Origin: an uncultured virus (IMG/VR IMGVR_UViG_3300043570_001522)
Lineage: Duplodnaviria > Heunggongvirae > Uroviricota > Caudoviricetes
DNA: 20,000 bases
IMG/VR virus record: IMGVR_UViG_3300043570_001522
Direction: 5' to 3' (one strand)
The notes beneath the pieces are model-generated. The model searched no databases. It had not been told where the DNA came from and was given only the letters and a program-made list of their open reading frames with translations. Both the position numbers and the translations under genes were made by a program. Positions 1-8,370 of the stretch are shown here, piece by piece (position 1 is the first letter of the stretch; each line of letters opens with the position of its first letter).

Positions 1-1
1 T

Positions 2-3000
2 AATAGTATTCAGCAAGAAATAATTAATAAGTTATTTCATGTTGCCATTAGTTCAAAAGAAGAAATAGATTCATTGTCTGCAAACTTAAGTGACACTGCT
101 TCTGCTAATACAATTGTGGTTCTTAATAAAGAAGATCATACCTATGTAGATATTACTAATAGAGAAATCTATAAATCAGTTACTACAGCAATCAAAGGTC
201 AACTTGCTAATGAAGAAGATGTACAACTTAATTTAGCCATTGGAAATGATGTAGATGCTTTATTAGATGCAATTATATCAGAGCAATCATTTGATGAAGT
301 ATTTCCTAGCATGAAAGTTTTAGATGAGAAACTAGCTGGAGAAATGTTTGACATGTTGGAAGAACAACTTACTCAATTAATTCCTCAAGGTGCCGTTGGT
401 ATTTCTCAAGTAGTTGTATTTGATGAAGCAACAAAACTTGCTGGTACAGCTGACTTAGTTGTTATAGATAAGAATGGTAAAATTAGAATTGTGGATTTAA
501 AGACAAGTAAAAATTCTATTTATGATAGAACTTTTGTTGACTCAATTAAAAATAAAGTACCAGGTAGAACTCAAGGCACTAAATATGAAATCAAAGAATA
601 TGAGTTAAAAGATGATATGCCTGCTTTAGATGCAGAAGGAAAACCTATCTTAAATGCTGATGGTACACCAAAAATATTTCTTGGTAGTGACCTTAAAAAA
701 ATTCATGGGGTTGATAAACTATCAACCATGGCTCAACACAATCTTCAAGTAAATCTTTATAGACGTATGTTTGAAAACATGGGTTATACTGTTTATGAAG
801 GAGACGGTGGTGCTATTACATTTCATATACAAGCAGACATAACTGGTGTAGGAAAAGACCAAGTGTTTAATAATAACTTCAGATTAGATGGTAGGGTTGA
901 ACATCCACTATCTGAAAACTTATTATATGTTAATATGCTTGTCCCATCTGTAATGAATAATACAGAAAAAGAAAGCCTTGATAGAGCAATTGGTAATGCA
1001 GAAGATGCTATTTACCGTGGTGATCAAGATATAGAAGCATTAGAAAAAATTGCTGATACAATTGATGCTCAACAATATCCGGAGTATAATACTATTTTTG
1101 ATGCATTACAAAACTATAGTCTTGCTTTAGTAGAACAAGACAAAGCATTAGATAGACTTAAGACTAATGTTTATAGAGACAAAACTAAAGAACAAACGCG
1201 TGATGATATTGCAAGTACATTAGCCTACATTGCTAGCAATATTAATACAGGACCAATAGCTAGATCTCAAACCTACACTAATTTATTAAGAGCTTCTTTA
1301 AATCAAATGCAAAAATTTACTGCATATGTTTTGGATCCAGCTAATATAAACAAACCTGAGTATATTACCTATGCATTAAACTTCAATAGATTCTTAAGTA
1401 CATTTGAAGCTTTGTATTCAATTAAAGATTCTAAGGAACTTAACGCTACACAAAGAACACTAGTTCTTCAGATGCAACTTGAACAAAATAAGCTTATTGG
1501 TACAAGTGGTAAAGAAGGATTAATAAATGATGCTATTATTAACTATGTAAAAGAAACTATTAGAACCAGATCAACTAATGATTGGGGCGGTCAAGGTAGT
1601 GCATTTACAGAAGATATGTTAGATGATCTTATGACTATATCTCCGGATATTGCAATGGATGCATTAAATGTACAAGATATGGCTACTCAAAAAGATACCA
1701 TACTTGCAGTAATGGATAAAATATATAAGAGTCAAAAACAAAAACTTTTAGATCAAATTGAAGAAAGAGAATTTTCAATTAGAACTGCAGGTAATGAGTT
1801 ATTAAAACTTTCAGGAAATAAAGATCTTCAAAGTCTTTATGACTTTATGTTGGAGTATGATAAGGATGGTGAATTTACTGGGTTCTATACTCAAAAAATT
1901 GGCCAACAATATTATTCAATGCAACAAGCATTGAGAAGTCAACTTTATGATGATAATGGTAATCCATATGAATACAGAGACGTAAGTAATTTAGATAAAG
2001 CAAAGCCGGAAGATATTAAATACAACATTGATCTTGCTAAAAAGAAAGCTGCATTTAGCAAATTCTTTCAAGCTGAAGGATCAAATGCTAATGGTGAATT
2101 GATTGATGGTGAATTTCATAAATATACTGATGAGTTTAAACAAGCTAGAAGTAGATATGAATTTTGGGTACCATCTAAAAATAAAGAATATGGAACTTGG
2201 TATAGAAAACCAAGAATATCAGATAGGGACTACGCTATATATGAAGCCAAGTATTATAACTTTGGTACATATACTAAAGCATTAAGAACTAATGGTCAAC
2301 CAACAGGAGCAATAGCAAAAGAACAAGTATTACGTTCTCCAAAAGTTAAGTTTAGAGTGGCTAGAGAAATATCTGAATCTGGCCAAGATATGCGTAGTAA
2401 AAAGTATGCTGCATTAATGGATCTTAATAAAACAGATGCATTAAGTGTTGCTCAAAGAAATTTTTATAATATGTTTATTACATATTATGAAACTGAATTA
2501 TTAAATAAATTACCACAAAGTATCAAAGATCAAATGTCAGGACGTGTTCCTATTGTTAAAAATAATATTTTAGATACTTTAAAAGACCAACCAAACATTG
2601 TATCTAAAATGTATGCTAATACAGTTAGATCTATTAAGAACTTTACACAAGAGACAGCAACACAAAAGAATGTTTTACTTGATGAACAAGGTAATTTTGT
2701 TGATTCACTTCCTATATTCTATACAGGTAAGTTAAGAGTAGATGAAGATCTTGCTAATGTTGAAACAGAGATAACAGCATTACAAGATAAAAAGAGAAAG
2801 GGATTAATTGGTCCTGAAGCATATAAACAAGAATTGTTATTACTTAATGGTAAAGCAGCACAACTTAGGAGTCAACCTTCATTAGGAGAACTTAATAAAG
2901 ACATGACTAATGCTTTACTTAAGTTTAGTGCAATGGCAGAACATTATGAAGTGATGGGTGAAATTGAAGACACTCTTACTGCAATGGTAAAAGTTATTGA

Positions 3001-4618
3001 AAATAGAACATATACTCCAGCTGATCCATTAATAGTTACAGGAACAAGAATTGACAATAAATTTAAAAAAGTAGGTACAATTAAAGGTACAGACTCCAAT
3101 GCTTTAAGAAGAGCTAAGAAATACATGTCAATGATTTACTATGATAATGAGCTTGCAACAAAAGGAATGATTGATAAAGTTGCTGATGAGCTTATTGGTC
3201 TATCTTCATTATCTTATGTAGCATTTAACCCATTTGGTAACCTTAATAACTATGTTATGGGTAGAATCAATAATGGTATTGAAATGTTAGGTAGTAGATA
3301 CTTTAGTAAACAAAACTATGCCAGAGCTTCTAGAGAATATAATGTGCAAGGTATTCCAGGATTATTAGCTAGAACAAGTGCGGCTGCAACTGATATTGCT
3401 GATATTGTTACACTAGGGAAAGCTGGATTAAAAAAATCAGACTATGATGCAAATAAACCTAATACTAAATATGAAGCTTTTGTAGATATGTTTAGAATGA
3501 TGGATAAAGCTACAGATATCCGTGAAAATACTTCTGAGTTTGATAGCAAATCTATTTGGTCTAGATTTAAAGAATGGGGATATGTAATACAAGATGCTGC
3601 TGAATACAATGTGCAAAGTAAAGTTGGTATGGCTATACTTATGGATGTTACAATTAAAAACAGTAGCACTGGAGAAACATTATCACTTTATGATGCATTC
3701 CAATATAATTCAGATACTCATAAAAATGAATTAATGCCTGGGTATGATACTATTATAAATAAAAATGGAAGTGAGCAACCATACAGTGATCAATTTAGAT
3801 ATGATTTAAGAAATGAAATTAGAGAGGTGAATAAACAAATTCACGGTAACTATGCTAAAGAAGATAGAATGGTTATTCAAGGACATACTCTTGGGAATTT
3901 AGCAACACAGTTTCACAAGTGGGTAGCACCTGCAATTAGAGCTAGATTTAGAAGAGAATACTTTGATCAAAATTTAGGATGGATTGAAGGTAGATATAGA
4001 TCTTTCTTTAAATTTTTAAATCATGCTAAAGGTGAAATAGTCCGTGGTAATTTTAATATAAATCCTGCTAAGTATAATGAAAGTTTTAAAGAAGCATATG
4101 GTTTCACAGGACAAGGTGGAAATCTAGATCAAAGAGCTGAAGATAAACTTAGAGGTTTTTATAGAACAACTGGTGAAATTGGTATTATGTTAAGTATTGT
4201 TGTATTAAACTCATTATTGGCCGGTATATTAGCTGGTGATGATGATGATGAAGAGTTAACCAAAAGATTAAAAAATCTTGTAAGACTACAAGGAGACAGA
4301 ACATATAAAGAGATGGTATTATTTACACCATTGCCTGAAGGTTTAAAACAACAATATGCGTTAATGAAATCACCAATTGCAACTACAAGAACATTAGGTG
4401 AATTAGGTGAAGCAATATCATTAAGTTATATGACACCATTAGCATATATATATGAAGGTAAAGATGGATTTTATGCTGATAAAGATTATGTATATCAAAA
4501 CAAACCTAATAAAGGTCAATTAAAATTATACAAAAACTGGGCAGATGTTGTTCCTATTTTATATTCTATACAGAAATGGGATAATATGATCAAAGCACAA
4601 GATTTCTACATCAAGTAA
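2..4618 (+). CDS. Giant virion-associated (probably injected/cargo) protein, 5'-truncated, with PD-(D/E)XK nuclease-like domain and a C-terminal hydrophobic helix
   Basis: The frame is open from position 2 (aat agt att cag...), so the TTG at 74 is probably not the real start. Motifs HTY..SVTT, AGTADLVVIDKNGKIRIVDLKTS and QVNLYRRM are typical of RecB-like PD-(D/E)XK nucleases. The long body is followed by hydrophobic GIMLSIVVLNSLLAGILAG near the C-terminus. This resembles the giant proteins of crAss-like phages. Confidence 0.7.
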   Translation, partial: NSIQQEIINKLFHVAISSKEEIDSLSANLSDTASANTIVVLNKEDHTYVDITNREIYKSVTTAIKGQLANEEDVQLNLAIGNDVDALLDAIISEQSFDEVFPSMKVLDEKLAGEMFDMLEEQLTQLIPQGAVGISQVVVFDEATKLAGTADLVVIDKNGKIRIVDLKTSKNSIYDRTFVDSIKNKVPGRTQGTKYEIKEYELKDDMPALDAEGKPILNADGTPKIFLGSDLKKIHGVDKLSTMAQHNLQVNLYRRMFENMGYTVYEGDGGAITFHIQADITGVGKDQVFNNNFRLDGRVEHPLSENLLYVNMLVPSVMNNTEKESLDRAIGNAEDAIYRGDQDIEALEKIADTIDAQQYPEYNTIFDALQNYSLALVEQDKALDRLKTNVYRDKTKEQTRDDIASTLAYIASNINTGPIARSQTYTNLLRASLNQMQKFTAYVLDPANINKPEYITYALNFNRFLSTFEALYSIKDSKELNATQRTLVLQMQLEQNKLIGTSGKEGLINDAIINYVKETIRTRSTNDWGGQGSAFTEDMLDDLMTISPDIAMDALNVQDMATQKDTILAVMDKIYKSQKQKLLDQIEEREFSIRTAGNELLKLSGNKDLQSLYDFMLEYDKDGEFTGFYTQKIGQQYYSMQQALRSQLYDDNGNPYEYRDVSNLDKAKPEDIKYNIDLAKKKAAFSKFFQAEGSNANGELIDGEFHKYTDEFKQARSRYEFWVPSKNKEYGTWYRKPRISDRDYAIYEAKYYNFGTYTKALRTNGQPTGAIAKEQVLRSPKVKFRVAREISESGQDMRSKKYAALMDLNKTDALSVAQRNFYNMFITYYETELLNKLPQSIKDQMSGRVPIVKNNILDTLKDQPNIVSKMYANTVRSIKNFTQETATQKNVLLDEQGNFVDSLPIFYTGKLRVDEDLANVETEITALQDKKRKGLIGPEAYKQELLLLNGKAAQLRSQPSLGELNKDMTNALLKFSAMAEHYEVMGEIEDTLTAMVKVIENRTYTPADPLIVTGTRIDNKFKKVGTIKGTDSNALRRAKKYMSMIYYDNELATKGMIDKVADELIGLSSLSYVAFNPFGNLNNYVMGRINNGIEMLGSRYFSKQNYARASREYNVQGIPGLLARTSAAATDIADIVTLGKAGLKKSDYDANKPNTKYEAFVDMFRMMDKATDIRENTSEFDSKSIWSRFKEWGYVIQDAAEYNVQSKVGMAILMDVTIKNSSTGETLSLYDAFQYNSDTHKNELMPGYDTIINKNGSEQPYSDQFRYDLRNEIREVNKQIHGNYAKEDRMVIQGHTLGNLATQFHKWVAPAIRARFRREYFDQNLGWIEGRYRSFFKFLNHAKGEIVRGNFNINPAKYNESFKEAYGFTGQGGNLDQRAEDKLRGFYRTTGEIGIMLSIVVLNSLLAGILAGDDDDEELTKRLKNLVRLQGDRTYKEMVLFTPLPEGLKQQYALMKSPIATTRTLGELGEAISLSYMTPLAYIYEGKDGFYADKDYVYQNKPNKGQLKLYKNWADVVPILYSIQKWDNMIKAQDFYIK

Positions 4619-4687
4619 TTATATGCAATTGCATATTGCAATACGCAATATAACCAATACTATATGTAGAAACATATAATGAATGAG

Positions 4688-4733
4688 AAAGCCATCATTA
4701 AACCTTAAAAAAGGACTTAGTGATGGCTTTTTC
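4688..4733. terminator. Intrinsic (probably bidirectional) terminator hairpin
   Basis: Stem aaagccatcatta...tagtgatggcttt with one G-U pair, inner cctt/aagg, followed by a T run. It lies between convergent genes. Confidence 0.75.
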
Positions 4734-4761
4734 ATACATTAAATTAACTTATAAGTTAATT

Positions 4762-4941
4762 TTAGTTATTCATTTTAGAAGAAACTATTAGTTCTCCTTT
4801 CTTAAACAAGTCTTCTACACATATTTGTGATAAATTAAACATATCTGATATATCTTGGGCAGACAATATAGGATATCTTTCTTTATATTCATATATTAAG
4901 AGTTTGGTTTTATTTGTCAATTTAGTTTTATTGTCTTTCAT
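4762..4941 (-). CDS. Small protein, possible helix-turn-helix (59 aa, not in the ORF track)
   Basis: Manual translation MKDNKTKLTNKTKLLIYEYKERYPILSAQDISDMFNLSQICVEDLFKKGELIVSSKMNN*. The segment LSAQDISDMFNLSQ looks like an HTH. Its start overlaps the end of the upstream ORF. Confidence 0.55.
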   Translation of the reverse strand: MKDNKTKLTNKTKLLIYEYKERYPILSAQDISDMFNLSQICVEDLFKKGELIVSSKMNN

Positions 4942-5167
4942 TCTTGGATTGTTTAATTAATTCTCTTTCATCTTCAAAAACATATCTATATTTAACATCT
5001 TTGTATTCTTCCATTATCCATGGATTTTCCAGCTTTCTCCAAAAGTTTTTATCATCTTTTGTTTCTACAGCTAAAATTATATGGGAATCATTATATCCAC
5101 ATACATGACCTTTATATTTTTTATGCACTACTTGCATATTTTTATATTTTTCAAATACTTGTTTCAT
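4928..5167 (-). CDS. Hypothetical protein (79 aa)
   Basis: ORF with an A-rich leader, packed in tandem with its neighbours. Confidence 0.65.
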   Translation of the reverse strand: MKQVFEKYKNMQVVHKKYKGHVCGYNDSHIILAVETKDDKNFWRKLENPWIMEEYKDVKYRYVFEDERELIKQSKNERQ

Positions 5168-5176
5168 ATTTTATTT

Positions 5177-5368
5177 TTAATTATTATGCATATTTGCATA
5201 ACTGATTGTAAAAAAAATAAAGCCAATTTCTATACCTGATACAAGACGGTAAACATCATCTTCACATAAAACTTGACAGTTGATAAACTTTAGACCCAAT
5301 ATAGGTTCTGTTGGCAAAAGCTCTATATTAAATCTGTTTTTAAAAATTAAAGGGTTGATTTTATTCAT
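5177..5368 (-). CDS. Hypothetical protein (63 aa)
   Basis: First ORF of the small inverted operon, ending 9 nt before the next gene. Confidence 0.55.
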   Translation of the reverse strand: MNKINPLIFKNRFNIELLPTEPILGLKFINCQVLCEDDVYRLVSGIEIGFIFFTISYANMHNN

Positions 5369-5402
5369 AATGAATTTTTGGTTTAAGTTAATTTTATAAA
5401 AT

Positions 5403-5419
5403 TATTTTTGTATATTATA
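5403..5419 (+). promoter_or_regulatory. Putative promoter: TAnnTTTG (-7-like) overlapping a TTGTATATTATA motif
   Basis: tatttttg at 5403-5410 matches the Bacteroidota -7 consensus. ttgtatattata at 5408-5419 recurs at 6194-6205. Confidence 0.45.
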
Positions 5420-5472
5420 GGTGTATAGTTTAGGCAATAGCCTAGCAAATATAAGATATATATATATTTATA

Positions 5473-5859
5473 ATGAAAAATAGAATAATTAATATTTTCA
5501 GTTATTATGATACTGAACCAATGGAAATACTTATTGGTTTAATATGGTTTATCCTGTTGCCAATCATATGGTGCTTTGAGTTTTCTTGTAACTTATTTAT
5601 CATTATCCCAAGTATTTTATTGGGTATAGCTATGATTAAAGCAACATGTTCTCATCCAATTAAAGTTAGAAAAACTTTATCTTACGGATCATTTATCTTC
5701 TCCATTTTTGTAATTCTAGCATTTGTATTTAGAGGTGCAATGGACAATCCTTCTCATTGGTTATGGTTTTTACCATCAATTATATCTTTTTTAAACCTAA
5801 CAGCAATGACATCAAAATATTATAGAAAACAAAAACAAAGTAGCCATGACATCATATGA
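5473..5859 (+). CDS. Multi-pass membrane protein (about 4 TM), first gene of the lysis-associated block
   Basis: Four hydrophobic segments and a basic C-terminal tail. It overlaps the next gene by 14 nt. Confidence 0.7.
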   Translation: MKNRIINIFSYYDTEPMEILIGLIWFILLPIIWCFEFSCNLFIIIPSILLGIAMIKATCSHPIKVRKTLSYGSFIFSIFVILAFVFRGAMDNPSHWLWFLPSIISFLNLTAMTSKYYRKQKQSSHDII

Positions 5860-6160
5860 TAATTTAACAACTGTATTAGTCACAATGATGACTGTTCTAT
5901 TCTCTGCTGGAGCATGGAAATTTTATGAAAAAAAAATAAAGTTAAAAACTGAGTTAGAACGGGAAGATAGAACTGATCAGAATATGTATAGAGATGATTT
6001 AAGAGATAGAGTCAGAAGGCTTGAACAATTACTTACAGACAGTGCAATTGAAAAAGATGTAATGAGAGAACAAATCCTTTCACTTACTAAAGAAGTAACG
6101 GCATTACATGTAAAAGTTGAGTACTTAGAAAAAGAAAATCAAAGACTTAAGAATATTTAA
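5846..6160 (+). CDS. N-terminal TM plus coiled-coil protein (holin/antiholin-like candidate)
   Basis: TM LTTVLVTMMTVLFSAGAW followed by heptads (LRDRVRRLEQLL, LTKEVTALHVKVEYLEKEN). Confidence 0.65.
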   Translation: MTSYDNLTTVLVTMMTVLFSAGAWKFYEKKIKLKTELEREDRTDQNMYRDDLRDRVRRLEQLLTDSAIEKDVMREQILSLTKEVTALHVKVEYLEKENQRLKNI

Positions 6161-6168
6161 GCAACTTA

Positions 6169-6205
6169 TATATTTGGTTTTATATATTAGAAGTTGTATA
6201 TTATA
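6169..6205 (+). promoter_or_regulatory. Putative promoter: TATATTTG plus TTGTATATTATA
   Basis: tatatttg at 6169-6176 fits TAnnTTTG. ttgtatattata at 6194-6205 lies 30 nt upstream of the ATG at 6236. Confidence 0.45.
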
Positions 6206-6235
6206 TATAAGTAATATTAATCAAAATTAAAAATT

Positions 6236-6448
6236 ATGTTTAAAAAAGTATTATTGGCTACATGGACTTCTTCATTAGAGAAATTTTGGAATTTTATTTT
6301 ACCAAAAACACCAATTAATGAAATTGAAGTGAGAAGTGTATTAGTTAAGCCAAAAATTGAAGATATTGTTGATACAGTTAAAGTTGCACCAGCTAAACCT
6401 AAAAAAAAATATTATAAATCAAAACCTAAAGTAAATACTAAAAAATAA
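6236..6448 (+). CDS. Small Lys-rich hypothetical protein
   Basis: 70 aa ORF ending in the basic tail PAKPKKKYYKSKPKVNTKK. Confidence 0.65.
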   Translation: MFKKVLLATWTSSLEKFWNFILPKTPINEIEVRSVLVKPKIEDIVDTVKVAPAKPKKKYYKSKPKVNTKK

Positions 6449-6462
6449 TTTACTCATACTAA

Positions 6463-7572
6463 ATGAAAAATTTATCAAAAGAAGAGTTATTAAGTAGACT
6501 TGAAGCAATTAATAGAAGTAATGCTATTATCTACTTTGATCTTAGTGGTATTATACTAGGAGTAAATGACATTTTTTTGGAAGCAATGGGTTATGGTGCG
6601 AGTAATCATGATGAACTTATAGGTAAACATCATAGTACTTTTGTATGTGAAGAATATGCAAAGTCAACTGAATATGAAAAATTTTGGGACATATTAAGAA
6701 GTGGTAAATACTACCAGGGAGAATTTGAGAGAAGAAGAAAAGATGGAAGTCTTATTAATCTTCAAGCAACTTATAATCCTATTTTTGATGATAGTGGTAA
6801 GATTACTAAAATAATGAAGATTGCTACTGACATTAGTGCTATTGTTAGTAGTAAAAAACAGATAGATGCTATCAATAGAAGTACAGCTCTTATTAGTTTT
6901 AATACTGACGGGTTTATAACAGATGTAAATCCTATATTTTTACAAACTATGGGGTATAAATCCAATGAAAAAGATAAAGTCATTGGAAAGCATCATAGTA
7001 TTTTTGTAAGTTATGAATATTCAAAGTCAGATGAGTATGCTAAGTTTTGGGAGAATTTAAGAAAAGGTACATTCTTTGATGGGATATTTGAAAGAAGGAA
7101 AGTAGATGGATCTATTGTTTATTTACAAGCATCATATAATCCTGTACTTGACAGTAAAGGTAATATTACAGATGTAGTTAAAATTGCAACTGATATTACT
7201 GAAGCTGTAAACAGTAAAAAGAAAATAGATGAACTGTCAAATAATTTAGCAGTTGAATTAAAAAACTCTGAAAAACTTAAAGACGCAATAGAAAAAGAAA
7301 AAGATGCTGCTTTAAATGACTTAGATGCAGTATTAAAAAAGAGTCAAAATGAATTAATAAAAGTAATTGTCAAATGTGCTTTGGCAGTTATATTAGGAGT
7401 TGGAGTTGTAACAACTGTACTATATTGGGCAGCTATTATAACAAATAAAGAAACTCAAATAATTGGATCAACATGGAGTAATATGTTTAGTGTATTATTA
7501 ACTAATGCATTTTCAATAGTAGGTACAATTATGGGCATTAAGTATGCCACACAAGAAGGTAGTAACAAATAA
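6463..7572 (+). CDS. Tandem PAS-PAS / coiled-coil / 2-TM membrane protein directly upstream of the endolysin
   Basis: Two internal repeats (aa ~13-125 and ~134-246) carry PAS/PAC hallmarks: AINRS..I.F..G.I..VN..FL..MGY, IGKHHS.FV, FW..LR.G, R.DGS, LQA.YNP, KIATDI. A coiled coil spans aa ~247-298 and hydrophobic helices lie at aa ~301-326 and ~333-359. Confidence 0.9.
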   Translation: MKNLSKEELLSRLEAINRSNAIIYFDLSGIILGVNDIFLEAMGYGASNHDELIGKHHSTFVCEEYAKSTEYEKFWDILRSGKYYQGEFERRRKDGSLINLQATYNPIFDDSGKITKIMKIATDISAIVSSKKQIDAINRSTALISFNTDGFITDVNPIFLQTMGYKSNEKDKVIGKHHSIFVSYEYSKSDEYAKFWENLRKGTFFDGIFERRKVDGSIVYLQASYNPVLDSKGNITDVVKIATDITEAVNSKKKIDELSNNLAVELKNSEKLKDAIEKEKDAALNDLDAVLKKSQNELIKVIVKCALAVILGVGVVTTVLYWAAIITNKETQIIGSTWSNMFSVLLTNAFSIVGTIMGIKYATQEGSNK

Positions 7573-7583
7573 AAAAGAACAAG

Positions 7584-8051
7584 ATGCAACTGAGTAAAAA
7601 TTTAGCACTAGCAGAAGTAACAAGAAGTGAAACTGCAAAGAGAAAAGGAATTAGTAATATGCCAACTCCAGAACACATTGAAAATTTTAAAAAGTTAGCT
7701 GAGAATATATTCCAGCCAATTAGAGAACACTTTGGAGTTCCTATTCATATCTCATCAGGGTACAGAAGCAAGGCTCTTAATACTGCTATTGGAGGAAGTT
7801 TATCTTCACAGCATTGCCAGGGTGAAGCTATTGATATTGATATGGATGGTAGTGCAAGTGGTGTTACTAATGCAGATGTATTTAAGTACATCAAAGATAA
7901 TTTAAATTTTGATCAAATGATTTGGGAATTTGGTACTGATAAAAACCCTGATTGGGTACACGTATCTTATGAGTCAACCGGTAAACAAAGAAAACAAATT
8001 TTAAAAGCTGTAAAAGCTGGAGGAAAAACAAGCTATGTACCATATAAGTAA
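7584..8051 (+). CDS. Endolysin, peptidase M15 family (Zn-dependent)
   Basis: Motifs ISSGYRS..LN..IGG, SQHCQGEAID and WVHVS give the His/Asp/His zinc ligands of M15-type peptidases. Confidence 0.88.
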   Translation: MQLSKNLALAEVTRSETAKRKGISNMPTPEHIENFKKLAENIFQPIREHFGVPIHISSGYRSKALNTAIGGSLSSQHCQGEAIDIDMDGSASGVTNADVFKYIKDNLNFDQMIWEFGTDKNPDWVHVSYESTGKQRKQILKAVKAGGKTSYVPYK

Positions 8052-8370
8052 GTTTATAAAACAACAATGGCTTGGATCCATTTTAATTGTACTGTTCTTC
8101 CTATTCTTGTTTTATGGAATAGGACAGAATAGTGAATTGAAAAAAGAAAAGGAAGCTCTTGAAAAAGACATTGAAGTGCTTGAGCAAAAGGAACTATTAC
8201 ACTGGTATAAACTTGATAGTTTAAAGGTTAGTGAAAGCACTATAATCAAAAAAGAAAAAATATTAATACAAATACAACATGACACAATTAAGGTTATTGA
8301 TACTATGTCTACTAGTGAGCTTCAAAAGTATTTCACAAACAGATACTATCAAAAAGATAGTATTAGATGA
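8035..8370 (+). CDS. Inner-membrane spanin (Rz-like) candidate
   Basis: N-terminal TM (WLGSILIVLFFLFLFYGIG) followed by a coiled coil. It overlaps the 3' end of the endolysin gene. Confidence 0.6.
   Translation: MYHISKFIKQQWLGSILIVLFFLFLFYGIGQNSELKKEKEALEKDIEVLEQKELLHWYKLDSLKVSESTIIKKEKILIQIQHDTIKVIDTMSTSELQKYFTNRYYQKDSIR

Noticed and set aside
74..76. TTG start of the giant protein
   Set aside because: The frame is open to the window edge, so the gene probably starts upstream.
2103..3669. Short ORFs 2103..2285, 2944..3126 and 3442..3669
   Set aside because: Shadow frames inside the giant gene with no recognisable features.
5431..5444. Small hairpin taggc-aata-gccta
   Set aside because: A 5-bp stem with no U tract is too weak to call.
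6463..7572. Methyl-accepting chemotaxis protein or histidine kinase (likely automatic annotation), or a host contaminant
   Set aside because: There is no MCP signalling hairpin or HisKA/HATPase motif, and the C-terminus is two hydrophobic helices. The gene is tightly embedded among phage genes with matching composition.
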